64,000 nt of DNA, taken from positions 236,056 to 300,055 of the forward strand of contig CAWGJT010000009.1 of NCBI GenBank assembly GCA_963822965.1, in the 5' to 3' direction. Position numbers and translations under genes: made by a program. Source of the stretch: an uncultured delta proteobacterium (lineage in GTDB: Bacteria > Myxococcota_A > UBA9160 > UBA4427). A model generated the notes under the pieces. The model was given only the letters and a program-made list of their open reading frames with translations. It had not been told where the DNA came from and searched no databases. Shown piece by piece: positions 1 through 10,284 of the stretch (positions are counted from its first letter, which is position 1; every line of letters begins with the position of its first letter).

Positions 1-270
1 ATCGAGGGCTTCCAACCGTGGATGGCTCCGGCCGTGGCCGTCTACGCGCCTCACCTCGCTCACACCGACCCCCAGAAGGCGCTCGAGTGGGCGCCCTTCG
101 CGGAGGAGGACCGCAAGACGTCGGTCCTGATCGGCATCGCTCGCAACTGGCGGCAGCACGACGCGGCGGCCGCGGACGCCTGGATCGATCGGTCGCCCCT
201 CAACGAGGAGCAGCGCGCAAAGGCCCGGGGCGAGACGAGGAAGCGCAGCGGAAAGGCTTCGGCGCCCTGA
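1..270 (+). CDS. hypothetical helical-repeat protein, C-terminal part (truncated at window start)
   Basis: Frame is open from base 1 (IEGFQPWMAP...DPQKALEW...WRQHDAAAADAWI) with GC3-rich codons; stop at 268-270. Confidence 0.7.
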   Translation: MEGFQPWMAPAVAVYAPHLAHTDPQKALEWAPFAEEDRKTSVLIGIARNWRQHDAAAADAWIDRSPLNEEQRAKARGETRKRSGKASAP

Positions 271-295
271 GCGCCACGGGACCCCCGTCCCGCAC

Positions 296-631
296 TCACC
301 AGACCACCCGGTCTCCTACCGCATAGATCCTGCAGGGGGCCTGCATCCGGCGCTCCAGCCGGTGTGCCGCGCACTCCTCGAGCGCGGCGGCCTGCGCGGC
401 GTCGTCGGATGGCTGTGCCGCGGAGGCTCCCGCGACCCACGCCCGGTCGGGATCCCCAGCGACCGCCAGGGCACGGTGCGGAGACAAGGCCTGGTACTTC
501 CGCCAGAGGCTCTCCAGGCCCCGGTGGGGTGGGCGCCCACCCTGCATGGCGCAGGCCGCGACGGCCAGCAGCACGACGAGCAGGGCGGCAGGAGCTGCGC
601 GGGAGAGAGTCGCCGTCCATGCGCGCCTCAC
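296..631 (-). CDS. small putative lipoprotein (DUF4189-like 'AxxxALxxC...C' pattern)
   Basis: Hydrophobic N-terminus ending VAAC; C-terminal AAQAAALEEC...PCRIYAVGDRVVW; start uncertain (GTG 631). Confidence 0.6.
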   Translation of the reverse strand: MRRAWTATLSRAAPAALLVVLLAVAACAMQGGRPPHRGLESLWRKYQALSPHRALAVAGDPDRAWVAGASAAQPSDDAAQAAALEECAAHRLERRMQAPCRIYAVGDRVVW

Positions 632-786
632 TCGAGGCCCTCCCCCTTGCTGTTCGCTTCCCGGCCCGCCCACACGCTCGCCCCCATCCTCGCCCGGCAC
701 ACGGGCCGTACGGTACAGGAGAGAGGCGATACGGAGAGAGAGGCGATCCGTCGAGGTAGAACCAGGCGGCACGGGGCAGACGGTAC

Positions 787-829
787 AGAAAGAAATCCCC
801 GGAGCAGGTTCGCAGACCTGCCCCGGGGA
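787..829 (-). terminator. intrinsic terminator after the IPTL-CTERM gene
   Basis: Hairpin CCCCGGAGCAGGT/ACCTGCCCCGGGG followed on the minus strand by ATTTCTTTCT, about 50 nt past the stop at 879. Confidence 0.65.
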
Positions 830-878
830 CTCTGGACTTCCGACCCGGATCGCGCCGGGTCGCTGGCTCGACCGCGAG

Positions 879-1960
879 CTAGGCGGCGGCCGACCTGCGG
901 ATCTTCATGGTCGCAGCACCCGCCAGCAAGAGCGCCAGGGCGGCGATGCCCCAGGTGCCGAGCGTGGGAGACTGCTGGCCGACCGTGATGCTCAGCCAAC
1001 CGCGGTTGGCGTTCGGGGCGGTCAGGGTGCGGTTGCTGATGGAGCCGGAGACCAGCGAGATCGACCCGAGGCCGTTCACGCGAGAGTCCATCCCGGAGAG
1101 CACGAACACCTCGTTGGTGCTGCCCGCGTTCTGGGTGATCGAAACGGTCAGCATGCCGGTCGTCCAGGGACCACCCACGCTGGTGGCCGGATTCGGAAGG
1201 CCAGGCACGCCGAGGCCCGTCGGGGTGATGTAGGTGATCACACCGTTGGCGGCCACACGGATCTGGAACACGCCGTTGGACGGCGCCGCGCCGTTCGTCG
1301 CCACGACCACGCCGAAGGGCGCGCCCTGGGCACCGGTTCCCGCCGGCGTCGCGAGAGCGAACACCACCTGGCAGCCGGGGTTCGTCGCGAAGTCGCACGG
1401 GGCCGCCGCACCGGCGCGGACCGCCACGTCGGCGAAGCCGCCCGTCGCAGCACGCGCCGGGCCACCGAACTGGTTCGTCGTCTTCGTGTAGCGCATCAGA
1501 CCGTTGATGCTGGCGTTACGGACCGCCCGCCGCGCTCGCGCAGCCCGGGTTGCCCTAGGCCGTCACGACGTCCCCGTCGCAGAAGCTCACGGTGGCAGCG
1601 CCGGTCCGGCCACCCGCCGCAAACGTGGCGACCTGATTCGGGAAGTCGATGACGATGCCGGTATTGACCTGGAACACGTTCGGGTTGGCGAGGAACACGC
1701 CGATGTTGAAGGGCGTGCCGGAGTGATGCATCTGGCTGGCCGAAATCTGCATCGGCCGGGGATCGGCGCCGGTCAAGGGCTGTCGAACGCCCGCGCCGTC
1801 GACGGCCAGAGCCGGGACTGCGATCGGGATCGGAAGACCGTTGCCGATCTGGTACTGCGCGGTGCCGGTAATCGGGTACCGAGCCATCTGTGCGTTCGCG
1901 CTCGTGGCCCACACCGCGAGTGCGAACTGCGAGCACGAACGTGGAAAACCTCGAAGTCAT
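879..1960 (-). CDS. secreted Gly/Thr-rich surface protein with IPTL-CTERM-like sorting signal (frameshifted)
   Basis: Signal peptide MTSRFSTFVLAV/ALAVWATSANA spans a frameshift near 1924; continues in ORFs 1555-1914 and 879-1496; ends SPTLGTWGIAALALLLAGAATMKIRRSAAA. Confidence 0.75.
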
Positions 1961-2079
1961 GACCTCTCCTCTTCCTCTGAATTCTTGTCTGACGCTTCAT
2001 CTGCTGATGATCAGGTTCCCGCCCGGGCCCGAAGCGAGACGCCTGAAGCTGTGCGAACTGCGATCCGGTCTGACAGAAC

Positions 2080-2095
2080 TGCAAATTCCGGGCCT
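2080..2095 (-). promoter_or_regulatory. putative sigma54 -24/-12 promoter
   Basis: Minus strand AGGCCCG-GAAT-TTGCA (GG-N10-GC), 120 nt upstream of the ATG at 1960. Confidence 0.55.
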
Positions 2096-2209
2096 GTCAC
2101 CGCCAGCTGAAAATGCCTTTGGTTTCCGGGGCTCACGGACAATTTCCCGTGGGGATCTAGGAAGCTGAGTTCCGCTTGAGGGAAAAACGATTCCCTGTCT
2201 GAACCAGGA

Positions 2210-4550
2210 TCATCCACCCCGCGGGCTGTCCGTTCCCGCATCCCGGCCGCTCTCTTCCCCCTCTGCGGCGGCCGCAGGCTCAGCCCGCAGCCGAGCCAGC
2301 AGCGCGCGGGCCGGCTCGCCGCCCCCGAAGCGCACCCCCTGCTCGGCCAGCAGCAGCACCTGATCGTCGTCCGACCCGGACCCCGAATCGAGCAGCAGCT
2401 GGGCGAGCTGGGCGGCGACCGCCCCCTCGTCTGGACGGTCGGCGAGCAACGCCCGGAGCTGGTCGGCGGCTTCCGACGACCGCCCGAGAGCCACCAGGGC
2501 TCGGGCGGCTCCGCGGCGGGCGTCGACGTCGCTCGGGTCGATCGCGGTCGCGCGCTCGAAGAGGGCAAGAGCGGTCTTGGGATCCTCGCGGAGCCACCAG
2601 TCGCCCCAGACCCGCCACGGCGCGCTCGTTCTGGGCGTCGAGCTGCAGCGCGCTCTCGTAGGCCGAGCGCGCTTCGTCGCTCCGCCCGTCCTGCTCGAGC
2701 ACGAAGCCCTGGATCTCGTGGAACGCAGAGGCATCGGGGTGCGCCTTCAGGCCGGCCGCGAGATCGGCCCGCGCCGCGGCATCCAGGGCCTCGCCGCCCG
2801 GGGCTCCACGCTCGCGCGCCTCCCGGGACAGGACCAGCAGCTCGCGGAGCGCGTCGGCCTGCTCCGGATTCGCGAGATCGAGTCCCGGCTGCTCGCGCAG
2901 CACGCGAACGGCCGCCGCCGGCCCCAGCCGCTCGCGTACCCCCTTCGCGAAGCTGGCCAGCGCGGCGCCGTAGAACACGGGGGCTCCGGCGTGGAATCGC
3001 TGGAGCTCGTTGCGCGCGGCGTCGCCCTGCTCGAGACGGCCCCACAGCCGCATGGAGAGGAGCTCACCCTCCAGGTTCAGCGGCGCGTTCTGCGACTGGA
3101 TGCGAAGCATGACGACTGCGTCGGCGGGCCTGCCCTGGGCGACCTGAAGGCGCGCAAGCCGAACGCGGGCATCCGTGGCGCCCGCGTTGATCCGGATCGA
3201 GTAGCGATAGGCGTCGATCGCCCGATCGAAGTCCCCGATCGCTTCGGCGGCGCGGGCCGCGTAGTAGCGGGCCCAGGGATTGTCGGGCCAGAGCCGCAGC
3301 GCCTCGTCGAAGTGCTCGAGGGCTTCGGCGGGGTGGCCGCGCTCCTGGGCCACCCGGGCGCGGATCACCTCCTTGTGAGCGTCCACCGTCATGTCGTCCG
3401 CGACGGCCAGGGACTCGTCGAAGCGACCCGCGAGCAGCAGGGCGTCCGCGTACTCGAGCAGCATCTGGGGCTGCACACTGCCGGCGGCCTTGGCCTTCTC
3501 GATGCAGCGCCCGAGCGCGTCGGCGGCCTCTTCCTCCTTGCCGAGCTCCTGGTAGTGCTTCGCGAGGTCGAACCAGGCCGCGGCGGCGACGGCGGGCTCG
3601 GAGCTGCCCGTCGGCTCGAGGAGGATCTTCTCGGCCTCGGTGACGTTTCCCATGGCGCGGAGCCGCTGAGCCAGACGCACCCGGTAGTCCCGGGAGGCCG
3701 GCGCCGTATCGACGGCGGCCCGCAGGATGTCGAGCGAGCGAGCGTACTCGCCGTGCTTGTCGTAGAACTCGATCGCCGATCCGACCACGTTCGGGTGATC
3801 CGGAAAGCGCTCGAGACAGTCCTCCCAGCGGGTGCGGGCGGTCTCCTCCTCGTCGCTCTCGTCCGCGAAGATCGCCCGGGTCGAGCAGTGCCACGCCTGC
3901 ACACTGGGGTCGAGCTGGTTCTCCTCGATGAGCTTCCCGAGCTCGTCGATCGCCTGGCCCGCCTCCTCGTACCGCTCGAGCGCGAGCAGGGCCAGGATCT
4001 TGGGCTCCATCACGTCGGCATTCGTGGGATCGAGCTCCTGGATGCGGGCGGCGTCCGCAAGCGCCTCCTCGGGGTGCAGGCGCGAGTGGGCGTAGGCGTT
4101 GGCGCGCATCAGCAGCAGGTCGAGGTCGTCGGGATTGCTCTCGAGCAGCTCGGTCAGGCTGGCGATGGCGGCCGGGTAGTTGCCGGTCGACAGCTCGCCG
4201 TAGGCGAGCTGTCGACCGGCGGCCTGGCGCCATTCCGGGTCGTCCATCGCCTTGCGCAGGGACCACTCGGCCAGACTGGTCTGGCCGGTCATCGCGAGCC
4301 CGCGCCCGTACAGATAGTTGACCTCGGGGTCGTTCCGGTCCTTCGCGAGCAACGCCCGCAGGGGCTCGAGAGAGCCCGCGAAGTCGCCCTTGGCCTGCTG
4401 GTCGCGAACCGCCTGCAACGGGTCGGACGGGGAGCAGCCACAGAGCGCCACGGCGGCGAGGCACACCAGCACGAGCGCCGGACCGCCGGCACGCAGGCCG
4501 CGCGATGGTCGTCGGTTCGGAACGTCGGGGAAGTCGGACGCGGTACGCAT
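2210..4550 (-). CDS. large TPR-repeat protein, probable lipoprotein (frameshift near 2600)
   Basis: MRTASDF...LVLVCLAAVALCGC then many TPR-like repeats; C-terminus continues in the frame of ORF 2210-2734 (EDPKTALALFERATAIDPSD). Confidence 0.85.
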
Positions 4551-4732
4551 CGGCGCAGTATAGACCCGCTCTCCGCCGTCCGGACAGAGCCCGCCTCGGC
4601 GCCCCGGGCGAACGGAGAGCTGCCGACGGGTTGCGCCTTCACGCGTCCGGGATGCGGGGGCCGGCGAACCTCCTGGACGCGTTTGCGGCGCGAGCAGACC
4701 CATCTCGGGTCGGCCTGCTAGCTTGCCGCCCC

Positions 4733-6139
4733 ATGTCGAAGCTCCTGGACAAACGGTGGCCGTGGGTGGTCGTCGCGATCGCGGCCATCGGGCTCTTCCT
4801 CTCGACGTTCCTGGAAGTCCACATCGGCGGGGATGACGACCCCCGTCCGATCGGCAGCGCCGAGGACATCGCCGCGCTCGCCCAACGCCAGGACACGAAC
4901 GTGCTCTTCGTTCTGATCGACACCCTGCGAGCCGATCGCCTGAAGACCTACGGCTACTCGCGCGACACCGACCCCCAGATCGACCGCCTGGCATCGAGCG
5001 GAGTCGTCTTCCGGCGTCACCTGGCGCAGTCGTCCTGGACCAAGTGCTCGATGGCCTCGCTGTGGACGGGCATGTACCCCGCGCGCAGCGGCATCACGCG
5101 CTTCGACGACATCATCCCGGAGGCGGCCCGGATGCCCGCCGAGATCCTGAAGGACGCCGGCTTCCAGACCATCGGCATCTTTCGCAACGGCTGGGTGGCA
5201 CCCACCTTCGGCTTCGAGCAGGGCTTCGACACCTACCTGAGACCGGCGCCGCGCCCGCTTCCCCCTTCGGTGCGGATGGAGAACCCCACCATCACGGCCA
5301 AGGGCACGGACGAGGACGCGGTGGCCGCCGCCATCGAGTTCCTGCGCGTGCGGGGAGACCAGCGATGGTTCCTGTACGTCCACCTGATGGACGTGCACGA
5401 GTACCTCTACGACGAGGAATCGGCGCTCTTCGGAGGCAGCTACTCGGACGTCTACGACAACGCCGTCCGCTGGACCGACGGCGCCCTGGGGGCGCTGCTC
5501 GAGTACCTGGCGGCGGAGGGATACACGAAGAACACGCTGGTGGTGATCGCCGCCGACCACGGCGAAGCGTTCCGCGAGCGGGGTCTCGAAGGACACGCCC
5601 GGCAGGTCTACCGCGAGACGACCGAGATCCCCTTGATCCTCTCCTTCCCGTTCCGGCTCGAGCCCCGGGTCGACGTCACCGTCCGCACGCGCAACGTCGA
5701 CGTCTGGCCGACGATCCTCGACCTGATCGGGATGGAGCCCATGGCCGATACCGACGGGCGATCCCTGGTGCCGGAGATCCTCGCGAGCGCGCGCGGCGAA
5801 GGGCCCGCCGAGGCCGAGCGAATGGGAATCTCGCACCTCGATCAGCACTGGGGCCAGCGCACCGAGGCGCCGCTGCCCACGGTGGCGGTGACCGAGGGAT
5901 CGCTTCGCTACGTCCGCGTCGACGAGGCGGACCATCGCGTGGAGCAGCTCTTCGACGCGAGCGTCGACCCCGGCGAGCTGCACGACCGGTCTCGCGAGGA
6001 CCCGGCGACCGTCGAACGCCTGCGAAAGGTCGCGGACGCCTACCTCGAGGAGCAGCCGACCTGGGGTGCCGTCCCGAAGCGCGAGGTCGGCGAGATGGAG
6101 CTGAATCAGCTGCGCGCCCTGGGCTACGCGATTCCCTGA
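4733..6139 (+). CDS. membrane-anchored sulfatase-like (alkaline phosphatase superfamily) protein
   Basis: N-terminal TM helix; NVLFVLIDTLRADRL, SSWTKCSMASLWTG, HLMDVH, ADHGE; C-terminal LRALGY. Confidence 0.9.
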   Translation: MSKLLDKRWPWVVVAIAAIGLFLSTFLEVHIGGDDDPRPIGSAEDIAALAQRQDTNVLFVLIDTLRADRLKTYGYSRDTDPQIDRLASSGVVFRRHLAQSSWTKCSMASLWTGMYPARSGITRFDDIIPEAARMPAEILKDAGFQTIGIFRNGWVAPTFGFEQGFDTYLRPAPRPLPPSVRMENPTITAKGTDEDAVAAAIEFLRVRGDQRWFLYVHLMDVHEYLYDEESALFGGSYSDVYDNAVRWTDGALGALLEYLAAEGYTKNTLVVIAADHGEAFRERGLEGHARQVYRETTEIPLILSFPFRLEPRVDVTVRTRNVDVWPTILDLIGMEPMADTDGRSLVPEILASARGEGPAEAERMGISHLDQHWGQRTEAPLPTVAVTEGSLRYVRVDEADHRVEQLFDASVDPGELHDRSREDPATVERLRKVADAYLEEQPTWGAVPKREVGEMELNQLRALGYAIP

Positions 6140-6157
6140 AGCGGCGCGGTCTCGAGC

Positions 6158-8892
6158 TCAGAAATCGATCGTGAGCGTCACGCCGTAGGTGCGCGGATCG
6201 CCGACGAAGGCGATCACGATCTTCTGGAAGGTCGAGCCGTCGAACGCGAAGGTCTTGTAGGGCTCGTTGGTCAGGTTGCGGACCCAGCCCGCCAGCTCGA
6301 TGCGCGCGTCCGGGGTGCGGTAGGCGAGCCGCAGGTTGTGCAGCCAGAAGGCCTTCTGGCCGATGGTGTTGCCGGGCATGAAATCGACGTCCTGGGCGTT
6401 GGGGAGGCCCCGGCCCTGGCTCGCGTCGTAGAAGGTGTCGTCCGTCCAGGCCCCGTCGTAGCGACCCGTGATCGTGCCGTATCGGCCGATCGGCACCGTC
6501 TGCTCGGCGGTGATGCTGAACTTGAACTCGGGAGAGTTCAGGGTGTTGTGCCCGGAGTTGTCGACCTCCCGACTCACGGTGAAGGACGAGTTGCCGACCT
6601 GCTTCTGGGTGAGCTGGATCTGCGTGAAGTCGAGGAAGCGGCTGTCCAGCCAGCTGAAGCGGAGCCTGCAGGAACGCGCCCGTACCACGGCCGGCCGACC
6701 AGGTCGATCTCCGAGCCGTACACCCGGGCGTCGTTGGCGTTGAGGACCACGAACTCGGGGCCCTGGATCGACTGCTGGACGGTGAAGATCTGGTAGTCCT
6801 TGTAGTCGTAGTAGAAGAGCGATCCGTCGAGTCCCAGACGGCCGTTGAACCAGCTCCCGCGCAGGCCCATCTCCCAGGCGTCGATCTGCTCGGGCTTGGC
6901 GTCGGTGACGCCCTCGAAGAGCGAGCTGGTGGCGTTGAAGTGGCCGCCCTTCCAGCCGTGCGTGTACTTCCAGTAGGCGTGGGTGTCCTCGCGGAAGCGA
7001 TAGGTCAGCCGGATCGTGCCCGTCGGCGCCTGCCAGGCCTTGCTGGGCTTGTCGGTGACGAAGACTACCGTTGCGATCGAGACGGTAGTCCATCGTCTTC
7101 TGTTCCCAGTTGTAGCGGGCACCGCCGTCCAGGGTGAAGTCGTCCCAGAAGTCCCAGGTCGAAGCTTCACGTAGCCGGCCCAGCTGTAGATGTTCTGGGT
7201 GTACTCCCGCCCTGCCACGTTGACGCTGACTCGCGTCGCCAAAATCGTTCCTGATCTTGACGTCGAGCTTCTCGAGCAGCGTGAAGCCGCCGACTTCCCA
7301 GTCGACCGGCTGGATCCGCGGTGTCCCGGAAGACCTGCCCCGAGAGGCCGAGGCTCTGGGCGAACTGCTGGCCCTTGTCGTCCGTCTTGATCTCGAAGAG
7401 CACGTTGGGCCCGAAGTCGAGGTCGACGTCGATGGTTCGGTCGTAGGCGTCGTAGCCCGAGACGGACGTGAGGGTGAGGTCGCCCGGCAGCACCGTGTCG
7501 CCCTTGACGACCACGCCGTAGGTGTCGTTCGTGGTCTGACCCACCCGGTCGTAGTCGCCGCGCCAGGGCCGCTTGTCGAGCCCCGTGGCGATCGCCTTGG
7601 CGACCGCCCGCTTGGTGTTGTTGGTCGCGATGCGGCCCTGCGTTGGTGGTGCACGACGGCTCGCAGAACGCGCGCTCCTTGGCCAGGCGCTCGTCGAACA
7701 TCTCCTGGACGTCGGGCTCGATGTAGCCGCCGCCGTCCGCTTGTCCGAGCGAGCCGGAGATGCGGCCCGGCGGCGTCGGCGGGCGGCGGGAAGCAGGCGG
7801 TGATGGGCTGGGTGGGATCGCAGTAGAAGCCGCTGGTTCCGGCGGACTGACCGAGCCGGGAGTTCTCGTCGCGCCGCTGGCCGTGGGCGCTCACCAGGAT
7901 CTCGGTGTCGAGGTTCGGCTCGATCAGGAAGGTCCCCCGGGCCGCCCAGTTGCCCTGGTCGTTCACGTCCCTGGGGAGACCCACGGGAATGGTGGAGCGG
8001 CCGTCGGAGATGGTCCTGTCGGGGTTGCGTCTGACCGACCCGGAGGACGTCCTCACCGCAGATCGACCAGCGGGGGTCCGTGGGCGGCGAGTTGGGAACC
8101 TGGGGCGGCGGACGCACGCCGCGCTCGGTCGAAGGGCGGCGCGCCGCCGCAGCCGTTCTTCGCGAAGCCGTCGCGCTGCGTCAGACGGAACGCGAAGCGC
8201 GAGCCGACGATGTCCTCGACGATCGGCGCTTCCACCGCCCCTTCGACGTCGATCGCGTTGAAGCGCCCGTACGAGGACCTCATGTAGGCGCCGTAGTTGC
8301 CCGACGGCTTGCGCGTGTAGAGCTTGATCGCACCCGCCGAGGCGTTCCGCGCCGGCCCGGTGCCCTGGGGGCCGCGCTGGACGTTCACCGCTCCATGTCG
8401 AAGAGCGTTCCGAGCTGCAGGGCGGGCGAGTTGATGGGGACATCGTCCTGGTAGATCGCGACCGCGCCCGAGGAGTTGGAGTTGAAGTCGTTGAGGCCCG
8501 ACGCCGCGGATGAAGAAGGTGGGGGAGGTCTGCCCGGCGGTGACGATCTCGAGGTTCGGGGTGAACTTTGCGATGTCGGCCACGTTGAAGGCGCCGGCCG
8601 CCTCGAGATCCGCGGCGTTGAAGCCGGTGACGGAATCGCTCGAAGAGAAGTCGGCAACCGCGTCCGACTCCCCGGCCAGCACCACGCGCTCCTCGATGCC
8701 CGAGCTCGGCTGGCCCGAGCTCTCCTCGGGCGACGCTTGATCGGGCGCTTCCTGGGAGGCGACAGGAGCCTGCTCCTGGCTCCCACCGGAGCCGGCGGCC
8801 TGCGCGCTTGCGAGATTGGGCTCTAGGGTCGAAGCCGCCAGGAGGAGCCCGATCAGGACTCGTCCCCGGCGCTGGATGGGGGTTCCCTTCAC
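6158..8892 (-). CDS. TonB-dependent outer-membrane receptor (multiple frameshifts)
   Basis: SD AGGAG before GTG 8892; signal peptide; plug motifs FFIRGVG, VAIYQDDVPIN, VQRGPQGT..RNASAGAI; barrel motifs GWKGGHFN, EMGLRG; ends PRTYGVTLTIDF; pieces lie in all three minus frames. Confidence 0.85.
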
Positions 8893-8983
8893 CTTCTCCT
8901 CGTAGCGCGCCGGGCGCCGTTCAGCGATTTCCTGAGACTTGCGTGTGCCATTCGGCGACACGATGCGATAATCCTAAGCGTCC

Positions 8984-10078
8984 ATGCATACCCCGGTCAA
9001 TGGAGTTGCGACGAGGAAGGCCCCGGCCCGGACGGCTTTGTCCGCTTGGGCTCCTCCGTATTGGTCCCTTCTGGGCCGGCTGGCCGCGCTCGTCCTGCTT
9101 GTCTCCCTGCTGTCGACTCCTGCGACCGCCGAAGGCCCCCCGGCCGGCCCTTCCGAGGCGCCGGCCGGGGCTCCCACCGAGAAGCAGATCGAAGACCAGT
9201 GGCTACCGGCGTTCGCAATCGCCTCCGGCATCACGTTCCAGCGTCAGCAGGCCAGCGTGCAGAGCCGCGACGTGACCAACGACACGGAGCTGCGCCCCTA
9301 CGACGACGGCCGCGACTGGGAGATCAGCCCCTACCTCGGCATCAGCCTCGAGCTGGCGAGCCCGGTGGTGCGATCGATCCCCGGAGGCCCGCGTTTCTTC
9401 GTGAACGCGGAGCTGCTGCCCACCTTCGGCGCCGCACTCGACCTCGCGAAGGAGGGCGACCCCAAGGGCTTCCTCCTGCCGGAGACGGAGCCCGTGCCGC
9501 CCTCCATGCAGTGTCCCTTCGGCATCAACTGCTTCGACCAGAACTCCATCGCAGGGGTCGGCAGCCGCACCACCGCGCAGGTGCAACCGCTCGTGTTCGC
9601 GTCACATGCGGGTGTCTCCATTCCCTTCGAGCTGTACGGCCGACGGCTCTACGTCAAGCCTTCCTTCGGTTGGATCCGCTACACGATGAAGGTGGATGGA
9701 CGCGTGCTCTCGGCCCTGAAGCCCTCCCTGCAGCCGGGCGACATCCAGGTGCCCGACATCCGCTTCATCACCCTCGAGAACGAGGAGAAGCAGTCGTTCG
9801 ACGCCATCGGACCCGGCCTCGAGCTCGAGCTCGACGTGGGTCGCTTCGGCCCCCTCGCCCCTTCGCTCTACATCGAAGGCCACGGCTATCGCCTCCTCGG
9901 CGACCGGACGATGAAGTTCTCCGACTCTTCGGGTCTGCTGCAGTGCGGGCCGGGGTCCTCGTTCGCCTGCCCCGTGGTGCTTCCGCCGGCCGAATACGAC
10001 GCCCGCTGGTCGTTCAAGGCGGATCCCTGGATCTACCGGGGCGGCATCGGGATGCGCTTCCGGTGGATCGGCTACTAG
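8984..10078 (+). CDS. exported protein, probable outer-membrane beta-barrel of unknown function
   Basis: Signal-like LAALVLLVSLLSTPATA; amphipathic strands; ends YRGGIGMRFRWIGY; start uncertain. Confidence 0.7.
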   Translation: MHTPVNGVATRKAPARTALSAWAPPYWSLLGRLAALVLLVSLLSTPATAEGPPAGPSEAPAGAPTEKQIEDQWLPAFAIASGITFQRQQASVQSRDVTNDTELRPYDDGRDWEISPYLGISLELASPVVRSIPGGPRFFVNAELLPTFGAALDLAKEGDPKGFLLPETEPVPPSMQCPFGINCFDQNSIAGVGSRTTAQVQPLVFASHAGVSIPFELYGRRLYVKPSFGWIRYTMKVDGRVLSALKPSLQPGDIQVPDIRFITLENEEKQSFDAIGPGLELELDVGRFGPLAPSLYIEGHGYRLLGDRTMKFSDSSGLLQCGPGSSFACPVVLPPAEYDARWSFKADPWIYRGGIGMRFRWIGY

Positions 10079-10284
10079 TGTCCTGTGCCAGAAGTTCGCT
10101 GTCGAAGTCGGCGCCCCTTCGATCTGTGTCCCGCCGCGGGAGCTCGGCGTCGGCGCCGATGGGCGGGAGGCCCCGCTCTTCGCGCCCCGCCGACGCGACC
10201 CGGACCTGATCCATCCCCGCCCGAGCCTCCTCACGACTGGCGGCGCTCCTCGCGCACCTGGCGTCCCTCGCCGTACTCGCGCTG

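Noticed and set aside
2577..4721. Long antisense and alternative-frame ORFs (e.g. 2577-4721, 30992-33433, 33621-35825, 52392-54809)
   Set aside because: Shadow ORFs expected at this GC content; no motifs, and they overlap well-supported genes
6158..8892. TonB-dependent receptor as a true pseudogene
   Set aside because: Cannot be separated from sequencing error; all motifs and both termini are intact and neighbouring genes show the same indel pattern
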